A program made the translations under genes and the position numbers. From Clostridia bacterium (GTDB lineage Bacteria; Bacillota; Clostridia; Oscillospirales; SIG627), in contig JAFWBD010000002.1 of the NCBI GenBank assembly GCA_017507325.1, forward strand, positions 1,570 through 65,569: DNA of 64,000 nt. The letters are read 5' to 3'. Shown here piece after piece: positions 17,905 through 27,173 of the stretch; the stretch's first letter is position 1, and each line of letters begins with the position of its first letter. The notes beneath the pieces were generated by a model. It searched no databases, had not been told where the DNA came from, and saw only the letters and a program-made list of their open reading frames with translations.

Positions 17905-20067
17905 CTATACTCTAAATGAAAGCTCTGTCGCAATATTGACTACAAACGAAACGATCTTCTGTGCCAAACCGGAGAAGAGCAATGCAACGAACATGATAAT
18001 GACCATACCGACAATGGTTGCAAGCACTGTCAACAGGTTCTTGGAGAAGGTATAGTCGTGGGTGACCATTACGCCGAAGAACAAGAGGAAGCCAACCCAA
18101 ATATATCCGATCGTGGTCAAGAGTGACACGATGGCGCTCTCATCCAAGGTAAAGATGTGGGTGAGAATGGTTGCGGGAACCATCATCAGCGTCAAAGGCA
18201 GAAGTGCGTAGCAGGTGGAAATGAAGATGTCCTTCAAGCTTCCTTCACCCTCGAACAGCGTGGTGAAACACCAGTTGGAAACAACCCACAAAGCGAGGGG
18301 AACCAGAACGCCGGTCACCTGCGAAATCATGCTGATACCGCGGTTATGAGGATCATACCAGAAGGACTGGCCGATTCCGTTGTAAATAAAGGTTGCAATG
18401 GTCAGGATGATGAAGAAGATCGCACCCTTCATATTACCGCGCTTCTCGTGCTTCAGATCCCAGAAGCCGTCGAAGGGATGGAACATAATATGACAGGCAT
18501 ATAGCGTCGCTTCCTTGAAGGTTCTCTTCTCCTTGATGACCTGTCCCTTTTCATTGACCTTATTGGCATAGGCAAAGAATCTGGAGCAGACCAAAACGAC
18601 CACGACAATGGCAAGGGGGATCATCAGGATCCAATCCTCGATCCATGCCTTACGCATACGGGAGTAGCTCTTGGAATAGCCGGTTGCATCGTATGCTGCG
18701 GCGTAATATTCCTGCGCCTTCTCGAAATCACCGGCGCGGTAGTAGCTGTCGGCAATACCGATGTAGGCTTCGTCAAAGTTGGAGTTGCGGAGAAGAACCT
18801 TTTCCCAGAACACAGCGGACTGGTCGTAGTTACGGTTCGCAACGTTACGAACAGCGGCGGTGAGGTCTTCACCGTAAGCGGTGCGCTTATAGATGGTGAA
18901 CTGGTTGGAGGACTTATCCAGAACCAGGAACTTATTTCCCTGATAGCAAATGGAGGAAATGATGGTGTTGTTACCCAGCTGAGGACCGGAATCGCCGAAG
19001 ATGTAGAGCAGGTTGCCCTGAGAATCGTAGGTGTACATTCTCTGACGGGAAGCGTCTACAATGGTCCAGGTGCCGGCTTCGCCCAAGGCAACGTCAATGA
19101 TCTGAGAAACGTCGGTCTTTGCACCGGCGCCTACACCGAAGTAGCTGACCACCGGAACCTCACCGGAGGGGGGCCAGAAACCGGTACGGAGCATTACGTC
19201 GGTACCCTCAGCGTTCAGCTTTTTAACAGGAGCATAGTCGCCTGCCTGAGACTTGGACTTGATGGCACTGAGCATTTTGCTCTTGCTCAAAGAAGAAATG
19301 GTAACGTAGATAAAGCCGGATTCATCAATGGAAATGTTATTGTACTCGGTAGGAACCAAGGACTGGAGGGATTTTCTCTGCTCCTTGGTCTGGAACATTC
19401 TCCAGAAGACCTGCCAAGCATCGGGAGCGGTTTTCTGTGCACCCAAAAATCCGAGGAAGGCACCGTCAGAGTTCATGGAAATGATACCCTGGTTGGTGGT
19501 GGAGGATACAACGTAGATACGGCCTGCGGTATCAACGGCACAAGCGATCGGCTTGTAGGTAGCACCCTCGGTAAAGGCGGTGCTTTGCGGCTGAACCACA
19601 ACGCGGTCGAAGACTACGTCGGTAATCTTTCCTTCTTCAACACTCTTCTTGAAAACAACGATACGGTTGTTTTCGGTGTCGCACACGAAAACTTCGTCAT
19701 CCTTTACGAAGACTCCGCGGGGCTTGTTGAAATCATCCGGAACGCCCTGCGCGTTCAAGAAACGGGCAAGGATTCGATTCAGGGTGTAATCGGGATTGAG
19801 AATGACGATTCGGTTGTTTTCCGGATCGGCAATGTAAAGGTTCTCGTCACTGTCGGAAATGATGTCAGTGGGAGTTTTGAGAGCCACCTCCAGCCCGATG
19901 GTGGTCGAGCTGATAGAGGTGTCGGGAACGTAAGCGTGGGGAGACTCCACATATTTACCGTCAATATCGTAGGTATAGGTATCATAAGGCACCATAGCGA
20001 AGGCCTGAGGTGCAAGGAGAGCCGCAACGATTACAATCAGAAAAATCGATCTTAACGCTTTTTTCAT
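17905..20067 (-). CDS. NHL-repeat beta-propeller / TPR / Yip1-domain membrane protein
   Basis: 720 aa. Signal peptide, repeated ...NNRIV(I/V)... NHL-like blades, a TPR-like AYIGIADSYYRAGDFEKAQEYY segment, then about 6 TM helices characteristic of Yip1. Confidence 0.75.
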   Translation of the reverse strand: MKKALRSIFLIVIVAALLAPQAFAMVPYDTYTYDIDGKYVESPHAYVPDTSISSTTIGLEVALKTPTDIISDSDENLYIADPENNRIVILNPDYTLNRILARFLNAQGVPDDFNKPRGVFVKDDEVFVCDTENNRIVVFKKSVEEGKITDVVFDRVVVQPQSTAFTEGATYKPIACAVDTAGRIYVVSSTTNQGIISMNSDGAFLGFLGAQKTAPDAWQVFWRMFQTKEQRKSLQSLVPTEYNNISIDESGFIYVTISSLSKSKMLSAIKSKSQAGDYAPVKKLNAEGTDVMLRTGFWPPSGEVPVVSYFGVGAGAKTDVSQIIDVALGEAGTWTIVDASRQRMYTYDSQGNLLYIFGDSGPQLGNNTIISSICYQGNKFLVLDKSSNQFTIYKRTAYGEDLTAAVRNVANRNYDQSAVFWEKVLLRNSNFDEAYIGIADSYYRAGDFEKAQEYYAAAYDATGYSKSYSRMRKAWIEDWILMIPLAIVVVVLVCSRFFAYANKVNEKGQVIKEKRTFKEATLYACHIMFHPFDGFWDLKHEKRGNMKGAIFFIILTIATFIYNGIGQSFWYDPHNRGISMISQVTGVLVPLALWVVSNWCFTTLFEGEGSLKDIFISTCYALLPLTLMMVPATILTHIFTLDESAIVSLLTTIGYIWVGFLLFFGVMVTHDYTFSKNLLTVLATIVGMVIIMFVALLFSGLAQKIVSFVVNIATELSFRV

Positions 20068-20084
20068 TTGCTTTTCTCCTTTTC

Positions 20085-20957
20085 TTAGTCTTTCATACCG
20101 GATGTGGACATGGTCTCGATGATGTTACTCTGGGTAATCACGAATACGAGAATGGGTACCAACATCATAATAACGGTGGAAGCTGCACCGGCACCCTGAC
20201 GGGAAATACCACCGGTTACGATCTGCTGAATGGCGTAGTTGAAGCTCTTATACTGCTCGGAGTAAATGTAGATGGAGGAGCCTGCATTCCAGAGATCCTT
20301 GAAGCAGAACACGACCAGGGTCAGCCAAGCGGGCTTAACCATAGGCATTGCGATCTGCCAGAACACGCGGATCTCGCTGGCGCCGTCAAGTCTTGCGGAT
20401 TCCAGAACGCTGTTGGGAACACTGGAATCCATAAACTGCTTCATCAGGTAGAGACCCATACTGGTTGCACAAGCAGGTACGATTCTTGCCAGATAAGTAT
20501 CAACAAAGCCGATCTTACTCATGGTCCAGAAGTTGGTGATTGCGGTTACCGTGGTGTGGAACATCAAGGACCAAACAACGAACTTAAAGAGCATTTTCTT
20601 TCCGGGGAACTTCATCTTGGAAATGGAGTAGGCTGCCATGGAGGACAGGAACACGTTTCCGACAGTTCCGATGATGGAAACGAAAGCAGTGTTAAAAATG
20701 TAACGGGAGAAGGGCACCCAGGAGCTTCCCATCAGGTTCAAAAGAGTGGAGAAGTTGCCGAGGGTGGGGTTTCTAACGAAGAAACGGGGGGGATACTGCC
20801 AAAGTTCATCCAAAGGCTTTAAGGACTGCATAACGGTGTAAAGCATCGGAAGGAACATGAAAGCACCCATCACCAAAAGAACCAAGTTGATGCCGATATC
20901 GCCGCCCAAGGAACGGTTCATCGCGTGGTTGGATTTACGAATTCTCAGCTTTGCCAT
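20085..20957 (-). CDS. carbohydrate ABC transporter permease, first pair
   Basis: EAA loop: MKQFMDSSVPNSVLESARLDGAS. ATG 20957 lies 1 nt after the upstream stop. The ORF-track TTG at 20969 is less likely. Confidence 0.85.
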   Translation of the reverse strand: MAKLRIRKSNHAMNRSLGGDIGINLVLLVMGAFMFLPMLYTVMQSLKPLDELWQYPPRFFVRNPTLGNFSTLLNLMGSSWVPFSRYIFNTAFVSIIGTVGNVFLSSMAAYSISKMKFPGKKMLFKFVVWSLMFHTTVTAITNFWTMSKIGFVDTYLARIVPACATSMGLYLMKQFMDSSVPNSVLESARLDGASEIRVFWQIAMPMVKPAWLTLVVFCFKDLWNAGSSIYIYSEQYKSFNYAIQQIVTGGISRQGAGAASTVIMMLVPILVFVITQSNIIETMSTSGMKD

Positions 20958-20958
20958 A

Positions 20959-21909
20959 TCACTTACCAACCTTTCCGAGCATCTTGCGTACCAGCATATT
21001 GGAGCCGATCATCATAAAGAAGAGCACGACTGCAATGGTGGAAGCGTAGCCCATTTCAAAACGGGAGGAGCCATAGTCGTCCAAATGGTGCATGATGGTG
21101 TGTGCACAGTAGTCGGGGGACGGGAAACCAACGAGGTTGGTAATAACGCCGCCGAAGCCGAATGCACCGGTGATTGCCATAACGGCACCGAAGAGCATCT
21201 GAGGACGCATATAAGGCAGGGTAATGAACCAAAGCTCCTGCCAACGGTTCTTAACACCGTCCACCGCCGCGGCCTCGTAGAGGGAGCGATCAACGATCTG
21301 GAAGCCCGCAATAAAGGTAAGGAACGAGGTACCCAGAGAGGTCCAAAGTGCTACGATGATAACGATGGGCATGATGTAGCTGGCATTTTTCAGCCAGGCA
21401 ATCGGTGTCGAGATCACACCCAGATCCATCAGCGTACCGTTGAGGAAGCCGTGGGAGTCTGCGGCGAAGATGTAGGTCCACACCATGTAAACGTTACCGG
21501 AAATACTGGGGGCATAGAAGATCAGCGTCATGACGGCACGGATCTTGGGGGGCAATTCGTTGATGAACCAAGCCATCAACAGAGAGATCAGGTAGGAACC
21601 GGGGCCGGTTACCGCTGCAAACACCAAGGTGTTTTTGATGGCGAGCATAAAGATGTCGTCTTCCAAAAACAGACGGATGTAGTTGTCGAACCAAATGAAG
21701 TTCGGCGTTTCCAAGAGGTTAAAGTCTGTGAAGCTGAAGAAAATGGACAGAATAACAGGCAAAATCGTGAACACGAAGAAGATGATATAGAAGGGGGCCA
21801 AAAGGAAGTAACCCGTCTTGTTATTGCTCATCTCTTTGAGAGTCCACTGCCATTTTGTCATGTCTTTTCTTGATACAGGTTTCTTTGCTGTTTCGGTCTT
21901 CTGAGACAT
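20959..21909 (-). CDS. sugar ABC transporter permease (LplB/MalF-like), first pair
   Basis: 316 aa. EAA loop: IAGFQIVDRSLYEAAAVDGVK. Confidence 0.85.
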   Translation of the reverse strand: MSQKTETAKKPVSRKDMTKWQWTLKEMSNNKTGYFLLAPFYIIFFVFTILPVILSIFFSFTDFNLLETPNFIWFDNYIRLFLEDDIFMLAIKNTLVFAAVTGPGSYLISLLMAWFINELPPKIRAVMTLIFYAPSISGNVYMVWTYIFAADSHGFLNGTLMDLGVISTPIAWLKNASYIMPIVIIVALWTSLGTSFLTFIAGFQIVDRSLYEAAAVDGVKNRWQELWFITLPYMRPQMLFGAVMAITGAFGFGGVITNLVGFPSPDYCAHTIMHHLDDYGSSRFEMGYASTIAVVLFFMMIGSNMLVRKMLGKVGK

Positions 21910-21936
21910 GAGAAAATACTCTCCTTACTTTTAGAT

Positions 21937-24900
21937 TTAGGCGTTATTTGCTAAATATTCTTCGTAATTTTCCAGGGTGGGAAGATCGAACTCGCTACGC
22001 TTTCTGGTAAGCTCAGCGTTGATGGAGTCGATGTATTCCAGCATGGACTCAACGGGATCCTCGTCGCTGTTGTAAGCTGCAAGGAATGCAAATTCAACGT
22101 AACGGGAAACGATATAGCCGCCGGGCATTTCGGGAGTTGCCTGGAGCCACTCAAACTGATTCTGAATTTCTGCTCTTTCGTCAGCAGTCCAGCTCATAGC
22201 GTAAAGGGCTTCCAGGTTTGCAGTGGCGTACTGACCGGATGCACCCAGCAATGCGTAATACTCCTGACCGTAGGTGGACTGTGCATCTGCGCTGACCCAC
22301 CACTTCATAAAGGACCAGGCTGCCTCAATCTCCTCGCAGTCGTTCATCATAACGATGCCGGCAACGTTGGTATCGGCGGTGTGGTCTACGAAGGTCTTGC
22401 CGTTCTCATCGGTTCTGATGGTGCCGGGAAGAACGGTGAAGCCCCAAAGGCCGCGAAGTTCGGGAGCGAAGATGGTGAGCTGAGAGTAGGTGGTGTAAGC
22501 CTGAACACCGATGGGCATTTCACCGGTACGGAAGCGGTTTACAAAGTTGTAGGAGTAGGGGAAGCCGTACATGGTGTAGAGCTCGCACATATCCTTGAAG
22601 GTTTCCAGGGCTGCGTTGGTGCTGAGGTTGATTCCCATACCCTCGGTCTTTCCGGTGGTATCGCCTTCAACGGCGTGGGAGTAGAGCTGCTCACCGCGCT
22701 GATAGAGCATAATCAGAAGACCTGCCAAGGATTCGTGGTAACCGAAGTCCAGGTTGTTGGTCTGAAGCGTGGGAAGCATATTGTAAACGTCGTCCCAGGT
22801 TTCGGGAATTTCAAGATCCAGCTCCAAGAGAATGTCGCTGCGGTAGAACAGCATGGAGAAGCTTTCGGTCTCGGGAAGGCCATAAGCAACGCCGTACAAT
22901 TCCAGAGGAACGGTTGCGGCATCATCGAACCAGGAAACAACCTGATCGTAATCCGAGAAGATTCTCTGGCACTCTTCCTTGAAAGCTCTTTCCTCAGCAG
23001 TATCATCCTCCTCGAAGGCGTAGCCTGCGGGGTTGATGGGAAGCACTGCAGAACGGATGGCGTAGTTGATGATCGTGGAGGATGCCATCGACATATTGAT
23101 GTCGGGGCCGGAGCCGGACAGAGTGGCGGGCATCAAGGAGCCTGCTGCAACCAGCTTCAGATCCACAGCGATGTTGTGCTGCTTGGTGAAGGAGTCACTG
23201 ACAATGGAACGAATGATGGTGGACTGGTCACGGCCGGAGGTGGTCCAAACTTCGATTCTTGCGTAGTTCTCAGAACCCTCGGCGGTGCGAACACCGTAGC
23301 TGGAATAGTCGCTGACCCAGCTCATAATGAACTGCTCGAATTCATAAGCAAGTGCCTGCCAAAAGCCTGCCTCAGCCTTGTAGCCGGATTCGGTGTAATA
23401 CTTTTCGAATCCAAGCTCATTTGCGGCATCTGCGGGCGTTACCAGAATGTAGTCAAACTGGAGGGGCTGGTTACGAGCCGTCATAATCCAAGTACCCAAG
23501 GAACCGATGTAGTCCTTAAGCTCCGAGAAGTTGGGAGCGATCTCGTCCTCATCGCGATACATCTTATCAAGAAGCATTGCGATGGTTTCCAGAGTCATGG
23601 AATCGGAGCCCTTGGTTCCGGTGATGGCAACCAGGTCGTTCACGATGGCGGAAAGACGCTTGGACTCAGCGCCGAGACCCTTGATCACGTCGGGCATCAA
23701 ACGGGCGAACTGATAATCGCGGTATTCATCGGGCTCGGAACCGGTGAGCATCAGGATCTGCAGATAGTATTCGTTGATCTTGGCAAGAGAGAGCTCAACG
23801 TCCGTCAGAACGGAAGCCATCTCGCCGAGAACCACCCACATTTCAATGGTGTGCGTTCCGGCGGTGAAGTAGAACTCCAGCGCTCTTTCCTTCTGAGTGT
23901 CGGGATCGATCACACCGTCGGTCAAGGGGAGGAGCTGCCACTCTTCGCCGTATTTGAAGCGGAGCTGCTTGGCCTCTTCAAAGGGAGTCTCGCCGTCGAT
24001 CTTCAATTCACGGGTTACGTACATACCCTCTGCAAAGGACTGCAGGAAGCGAGGAGAGAGGTTATAGAAGCCGTCTTCCTTCACTTCGAACTGCCAGGAT
24101 ATCCACTGACCTGCGTTCTGCCACTTTTCGCCGCCGATGGAGTTCAGATAAATGTTATAAGCACTCTGAGGCATAGAAGCAGCGGAGGAACGGTCGTAAA
24201 CGGGATATACGATATTGGAGGAGGTACGATGAGCAATTTCTGCTTCAATCACACCGATCTCTGCCTTGGAGGAATTATCGGCAAGGCCCTCGTGCTTTGC
24301 CAGATATTCGTCATAGGAGATAGAGGAGTCGTCATAGTAAATGCGAATCTCTTTGATTGCACAGGTTTCCTGAACCTCTGCCAACGAAATGGTGTGAGAA
24401 CCGGCCTCTATATAATAAAGGAAGGGTTCCGTCACATAGCCGGTGGAATCCGAAGCAAAAACGGTTCTCCACTCGGGAGCCTCAACCTTGTTGGGCTTCA
24501 CTTCGTTGCCATCGTTATCCAGGATAAAGCCACGGTCGTTGGAGCCTTCTCCGCCGAGCTCGTCCTTCCAAATACGGGCAAGCTCGATATAGCGGGACTG
24601 CTTGAAGGGATAAGATCCATCCAACAGAAGAGCGCGCTTAATCGTGGCGGCGTTGCTGATCAGATCAGCTTTGCCGTCGCCGTCGCCGTCGTAATCAACG
24701 ATGGGAGCATACGTAATGGAAATGTGATAATTACCGGAATGCTCGGCCACAAAATCCCAAGTAACGTCACCAAGTTCGGTAAAGAGAGCCACGTCTTCCG
24801 TGCTGCCCAGATACTTACCGGTATAAACGGTGGCGGTGGACTTGGTCTTGTTATAGTCGGCACCTTTGATCACAATGTCGTCTACGCCGTTGGGTGCACT

Positions 24901-25107
24901 TGCGTGAAGCAATCTGTACTCGGCGTACTCGTTGGAATTGAGGAGTTCGCGAATCTCCTCCAGCTTGGTATTATTCTTGTTTTCACCGGTCACAGCACCG
25001 CCCACTGCGGAAGCGGTTTCCGCCATAGCGATGGGGCCGAAGCAAGAAAATACCATCAAAAATGCAAGCGTGAAAACAAGCGTTTTTGATAGAAATTTCT
25101 TCATCAT
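21937..25107 (-). CDS. giant extracellular solute-binding protein (N-terminal extension of about 550 aa plus a family-1-like SBP domain)
   Basis: 1056 aa. Signal peptide, two beta-sandwich-like modules, and a C-terminal half with SBP-like pattern (EVWTTSGRDQ..., SGSGPDI). ATG lies 8 nt after GGAGG. Confidence 0.8.
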   Translation of the reverse strand: MMKKFLSKTLVFTLAFLMVFSCFGPIAMAETASAVGGAVTGENKNNTKLEEIRELLNSNEYAEYRLLHASAPNGVDDIVIKGADYNKTKSTATVYTGKYLGSTEDVALFTELGDVTWDFVAEHSGNYHISITYAPIVDYDGDGDGKADLISNAATIKRALLLDGSYPFKQSRYIELARIWKDELGGEGSNDRGFILDNDGNEVKPNKVEAPEWRTVFASDSTGYVTEPFLYYIEAGSHTISLAEVQETCAIKEIRIYYDDSSISYDEYLAKHEGLADNSSKAEIGVIEAEIAHRTSSNIVYPVYDRSSAASMPQSAYNIYLNSIGGEKWQNAGQWISWQFEVKEDGFYNLSPRFLQSFAEGMYVTRELKIDGETPFEEAKQLRFKYGEEWQLLPLTDGVIDPDTQKERALEFYFTAGTHTIEMWVVLGEMASVLTDVELSLAKINEYYLQILMLTGSEPDEYRDYQFARLMPDVIKGLGAESKRLSAIVNDLVAITGTKGSDSMTLETIAMLLDKMYRDEDEIAPNFSELKDYIGSLGTWIMTARNQPLQFDYILVTPADAANELGFEKYYTESGYKAEAGFWQALAYEFEQFIMSWVSDYSSYGVRTAEGSENYARIEVWTTSGRDQSTIIRSIVSDSFTKQHNIAVDLKLVAAGSLMPATLSGSGPDINMSMASSTIINYAIRSAVLPINPAGYAFEEDDTAEERAFKEECQRIFSDYDQVVSWFDDAATVPLELYGVAYGLPETESFSMLFYRSDILLELDLEIPETWDDVYNMLPTLQTNNLDFGYHESLAGLLIMLYQRGEQLYSHAVEGDTTGKTEGMGINLSTNAALETFKDMCELYTMYGFPYSYNFVNRFRTGEMPIGVQAYTTYSQLTIFAPELRGLWGFTVLPGTIRTDENGKTFVDHTADTNVAGIVMMNDCEEIEAAWSFMKWWVSADAQSTYGQEYYALLGASGQYATANLEALYAMSWTADERAEIQNQFEWLQATPEMPGGYIVSRYVEFAFLAAYNSDEDPVESMLEYIDSINAELTRKRSEFDLPTLENYEEYLANNA

Positions 25108-25143
25108 ACAAAATTCCTCCTAAGTCATGTGTATGTAGTGTAC

Positions 25144-25172
25144 ATTTTAGCACAGAGAAAACGCTTTGTCAA
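25144..25172 (-). promoter_or_regulatory. sigma-A promoter of the ABC operon
   Basis: Minus strand TTGACA-17 nt-TAAAAT, about 35 nt upstream of the SBP start codon. Confidence 0.7.
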
Positions 25173-25185
25173 GAAGCCAAAATCA

Positions 25186-25209
25186 GCGGAATCCCAAGCT
25201 TTTTATCAC
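25186..25209 (-). repeat. direct repeat copy 1 (GCGGAATCCCAAGCTTTTTATCAC), abutting the -35 box
   Basis: Matches copy 2 at 25336..25359 at about 20 of 24-25 positions by eye. Confidence 0.5.
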
Positions 25210-25335
25210 TTTTTCCGATGACGATTTTTCGAAGATTTCGTCTTTTCGTGACGGCTACGTGAATTTTTTACTTTTCAAAATTGCACAAAACTTCGATTAA
25301 AAATATACATCTATTTTTTAAAAATCAAAAATGTG

Positions 25336-25359
25336 GCGGAATTCCAATGCTTTTTTCAC
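25336..25359 (-). repeat. direct repeat copy 2 (GCGGAATTCCAATGCTTTTTTCAC)
   Basis: See copy 1. The two copies lie 150 bp apart in an AT-rich spacer. Confidence 0.5.
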
Positions 25360-25486
25360 CAACCATTTTCAAAATGTTATCTTTTTGCATATTTTTGCAA
25401 ACGAAATATTTTGTTTATAATATATATTTCGCAGCATTTTACCTCCCCTTTTCCGCCTTTTTGGAAAAGTAATTTTCAGCAAAACA

Positions 25487-25514
25487 TCACAAAAAACGTT
25501 GTGCACAATGCACA
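25487..25514 (-). terminator. weak candidate terminator after mnmA
   Basis: Minus strand TGTGCA-TTG-TGCACA followed by ACGTTTTTTG. Confidence 0.4.
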
Positions 25515-25532
25515 AAAAATATTCCGTTTTTT

Positions 25533-26585
25533 CTACATATTGCACATATGATTTTTTTGTTTTTTCTCCGTGATTACGCCGCCGAACAGGAGAAGATCCC
25601 CTTGATAAAAGCACGCCGATTGTCCGCAGGCAAGCCTTCGAACGGGCTGTGACGGGATCACCGTGGCGCCTCCGTCCTCAAAAAGAACGCGGCACGGCAC
25701 CCCGTTTCCCCGATTTCGCCCCTTCACCGAAAGCCCCTCGGTGGGGCAGGTGCGGCGGGTGTGGGAATGGAAGCGAAGATGCGATACGAAAAAGCGATCC
25801 ACCATCAGATCCTCCTCGGGTCCCAGCACCACGCGCCCGTTTTTCGGATCCAGCTTTGTTACAAAATACCGTGTTCCCATGGCAACGCCAAGGCCGCGCC
25901 GCTGACCCACCGTATAGCGGTGAAGGCCGCCGTGGTGCCCCAAAAGCTTCCCCTCTCGGTCCACGATCTCTCCCGCAGGCAGACCGTAGCCCTCGGCCTC
26001 CAAAAAGGCGGCGGTATCCCCATCGGGGACAAAGCAGATCTCCATACTTTCCTTTTCCTTTTTCTCCACGAGCCCCTCGGCAAGGCGCCGAACCTCCGCC
26101 TTGGTGTAATCCCCCAAGGGAAACAAGATCCGTTCTCGCTGGAGCGGTGTCAATTTCCAGAGAAAATAGCTTTGATCCTTTTGTTCATCCACGGCCCGCC
26201 GCAAAAAATGACGGCCGCTTCCGTCCCTTTCCATACGGGCGTAATGCCCCGTGGCCACCAAACGAATCCCCAAGCGGTCCGCTGTTTTCAAGAGGCAGTA
26301 AAATTTCATATTTCGGTTGCATTCCACACAAGGATTCGGGGTGATCCCCTGCTTCCACGCTTCTCCGAAGGGACGGATCACCCGACGGGCAAACATCCGT
26401 TCGTGATTTTCCGAAATCAGCGGGATCCCCAGCCGTTCGGCAACCGCCTTAGCCTTTTCGAGACTTGCACCGCGGCAGAAGACGTAATGCACCCCCACCA
26501 CCTCGTAGCCCGCCTCCAAGAGAAGCTTTGCGGCTCCCGCGCTGTCAACGCCTCCCGAAAGGCCCACCAACACCTTTTCCTTCAC
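25533..26585 (-). CDS. mnmA: tRNA 2-thiouridine(34) synthase
   Basis: 350 aa. PP-loop [10 protein letters not shown]. Conserved CxxC-region NPCVECN. GTG start overlapping the rnhA stop (GTGA). Confidence 0.9.
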   Translation of the reverse strand: MKEKVLVGLSGGVDSAGAAKLLLEAGYEVVGVHYVFCRGASLEKAKAVAERLGIPLISENHERMFARRVIRPFGEAWKQGITPNPCVECNRNMKFYCLLKTADRLGIRLVATGHYARMERDGSGRHFLRRAVDEQKDQSYFLWKLTPLQRERILFPLGDYTKAEVRRLAEGLVEKKEKESMEICFVPDGDTAAFLEAEGYGLPAGEIVDREGKLLGHHGGLHRYTVGQRRGLGVAMGTRYFVTKLDPKNGRVVLGPEEDLMVDRFFVSHLRFHSHTRRTCPTEGLSVKGRNRGNGVPCRVLFEDGGATVIPSQPVRRLACGQSACFYQGDLLLFGGVITEKKQKNHMCNM

Positions 26586-27031
26586 AGCGAGCCCTCCGAT
26601 ATTTTTTTGGCTTCCCTGACGGCGATCTCATCACAGCGCTCGTTGTAGGGGTGGCCTGCGTGGCCTCGGATCCAGGTAAAGCTGACCTCATGGCGTTCCA
26701 GAACCTGCAACAGCCTCACCCAAAGCTCCACGTTGAGAACGGGCTTCCCGTCGGCCTTTTTCCAGCCTCGCCGCATCCAAGCCTGCAGCCACTTTTTTTC
26801 CATGGCGTCCACCACGTATTTTGAATCGCTCACCACGTTCACCCGACAAGGCTCCTTCAAAGCCTCCAAGGCCGAGATCACCGCCAAAAGCTCCATTCGG
26901 TTGTTGGTGGTATTTTTTTCACCGCCGCTGACGCATTTTTCCACCCCCCGATAGACCAAAATGGCGCAAAAACCGCCGGGCCCCGGATTTCCCGAGCAAG
27001 CACCGTCGGTGTAAACCGTTAATTCTTTCAT
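26582..27031 (-). CDS. rnhA: ribonuclease HI
   Basis: 149 aa. [20 protein letters not shown] and WxxHxGHxxNExxD motifs. Confidence 0.9.
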   Translation of the reverse strand: MKELTVYTDGACSGNPGPGGFCAILVYRGVEKCVSGGEKNTTNNRMELLAVISALEALKEPCRVNVVSDSKYVVDAMEKKWLQAWMRRGWKKADGKPVLNVELWVRLLQVLERHEVSFTWIRGHAGHPYNERCDEIAVREAKKISEGSL

Positions 27032-27173
27032 TTCTCAATCTCCTTCCGGAACTGTCTCCATTATACACGCTTTCCTCCCTTGTGAAAAGTCTTTTTTTGA
27101 AAAAACGGCTTCTTCTTGTTTTTTTCCGATCTTTGTAGTACAATAATACCGTCCCGTTCGAGAATCTATTACC

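Noticed and set aside
24633-24668. Dockerin-like DYDGDGDGKADL loop in the giant SBP
   Set aside because: There is only one such loop and no second F-hand repeat, so I do not call it a dockerin or a cellulosome component. I keep it only as a possible calcium site. The coordinates are an approximate estimate from the residue position.
22381-25089. 902-aa ORF on the plus strand
   Set aside because: In-register antisense shadow of the giant SBP gene (21937..25107). Same codon-bias explanation, and no start context.
25281-25551. 63- and 72-aa plus-strand ORFs in the AT-rich spacer
   Set aside because: Phe/Ile/Lys-rich translations are expected from AT-rich non-coding DNA. They have alternative start codons without an RBS and lie on the opposite strand to all neighbours.
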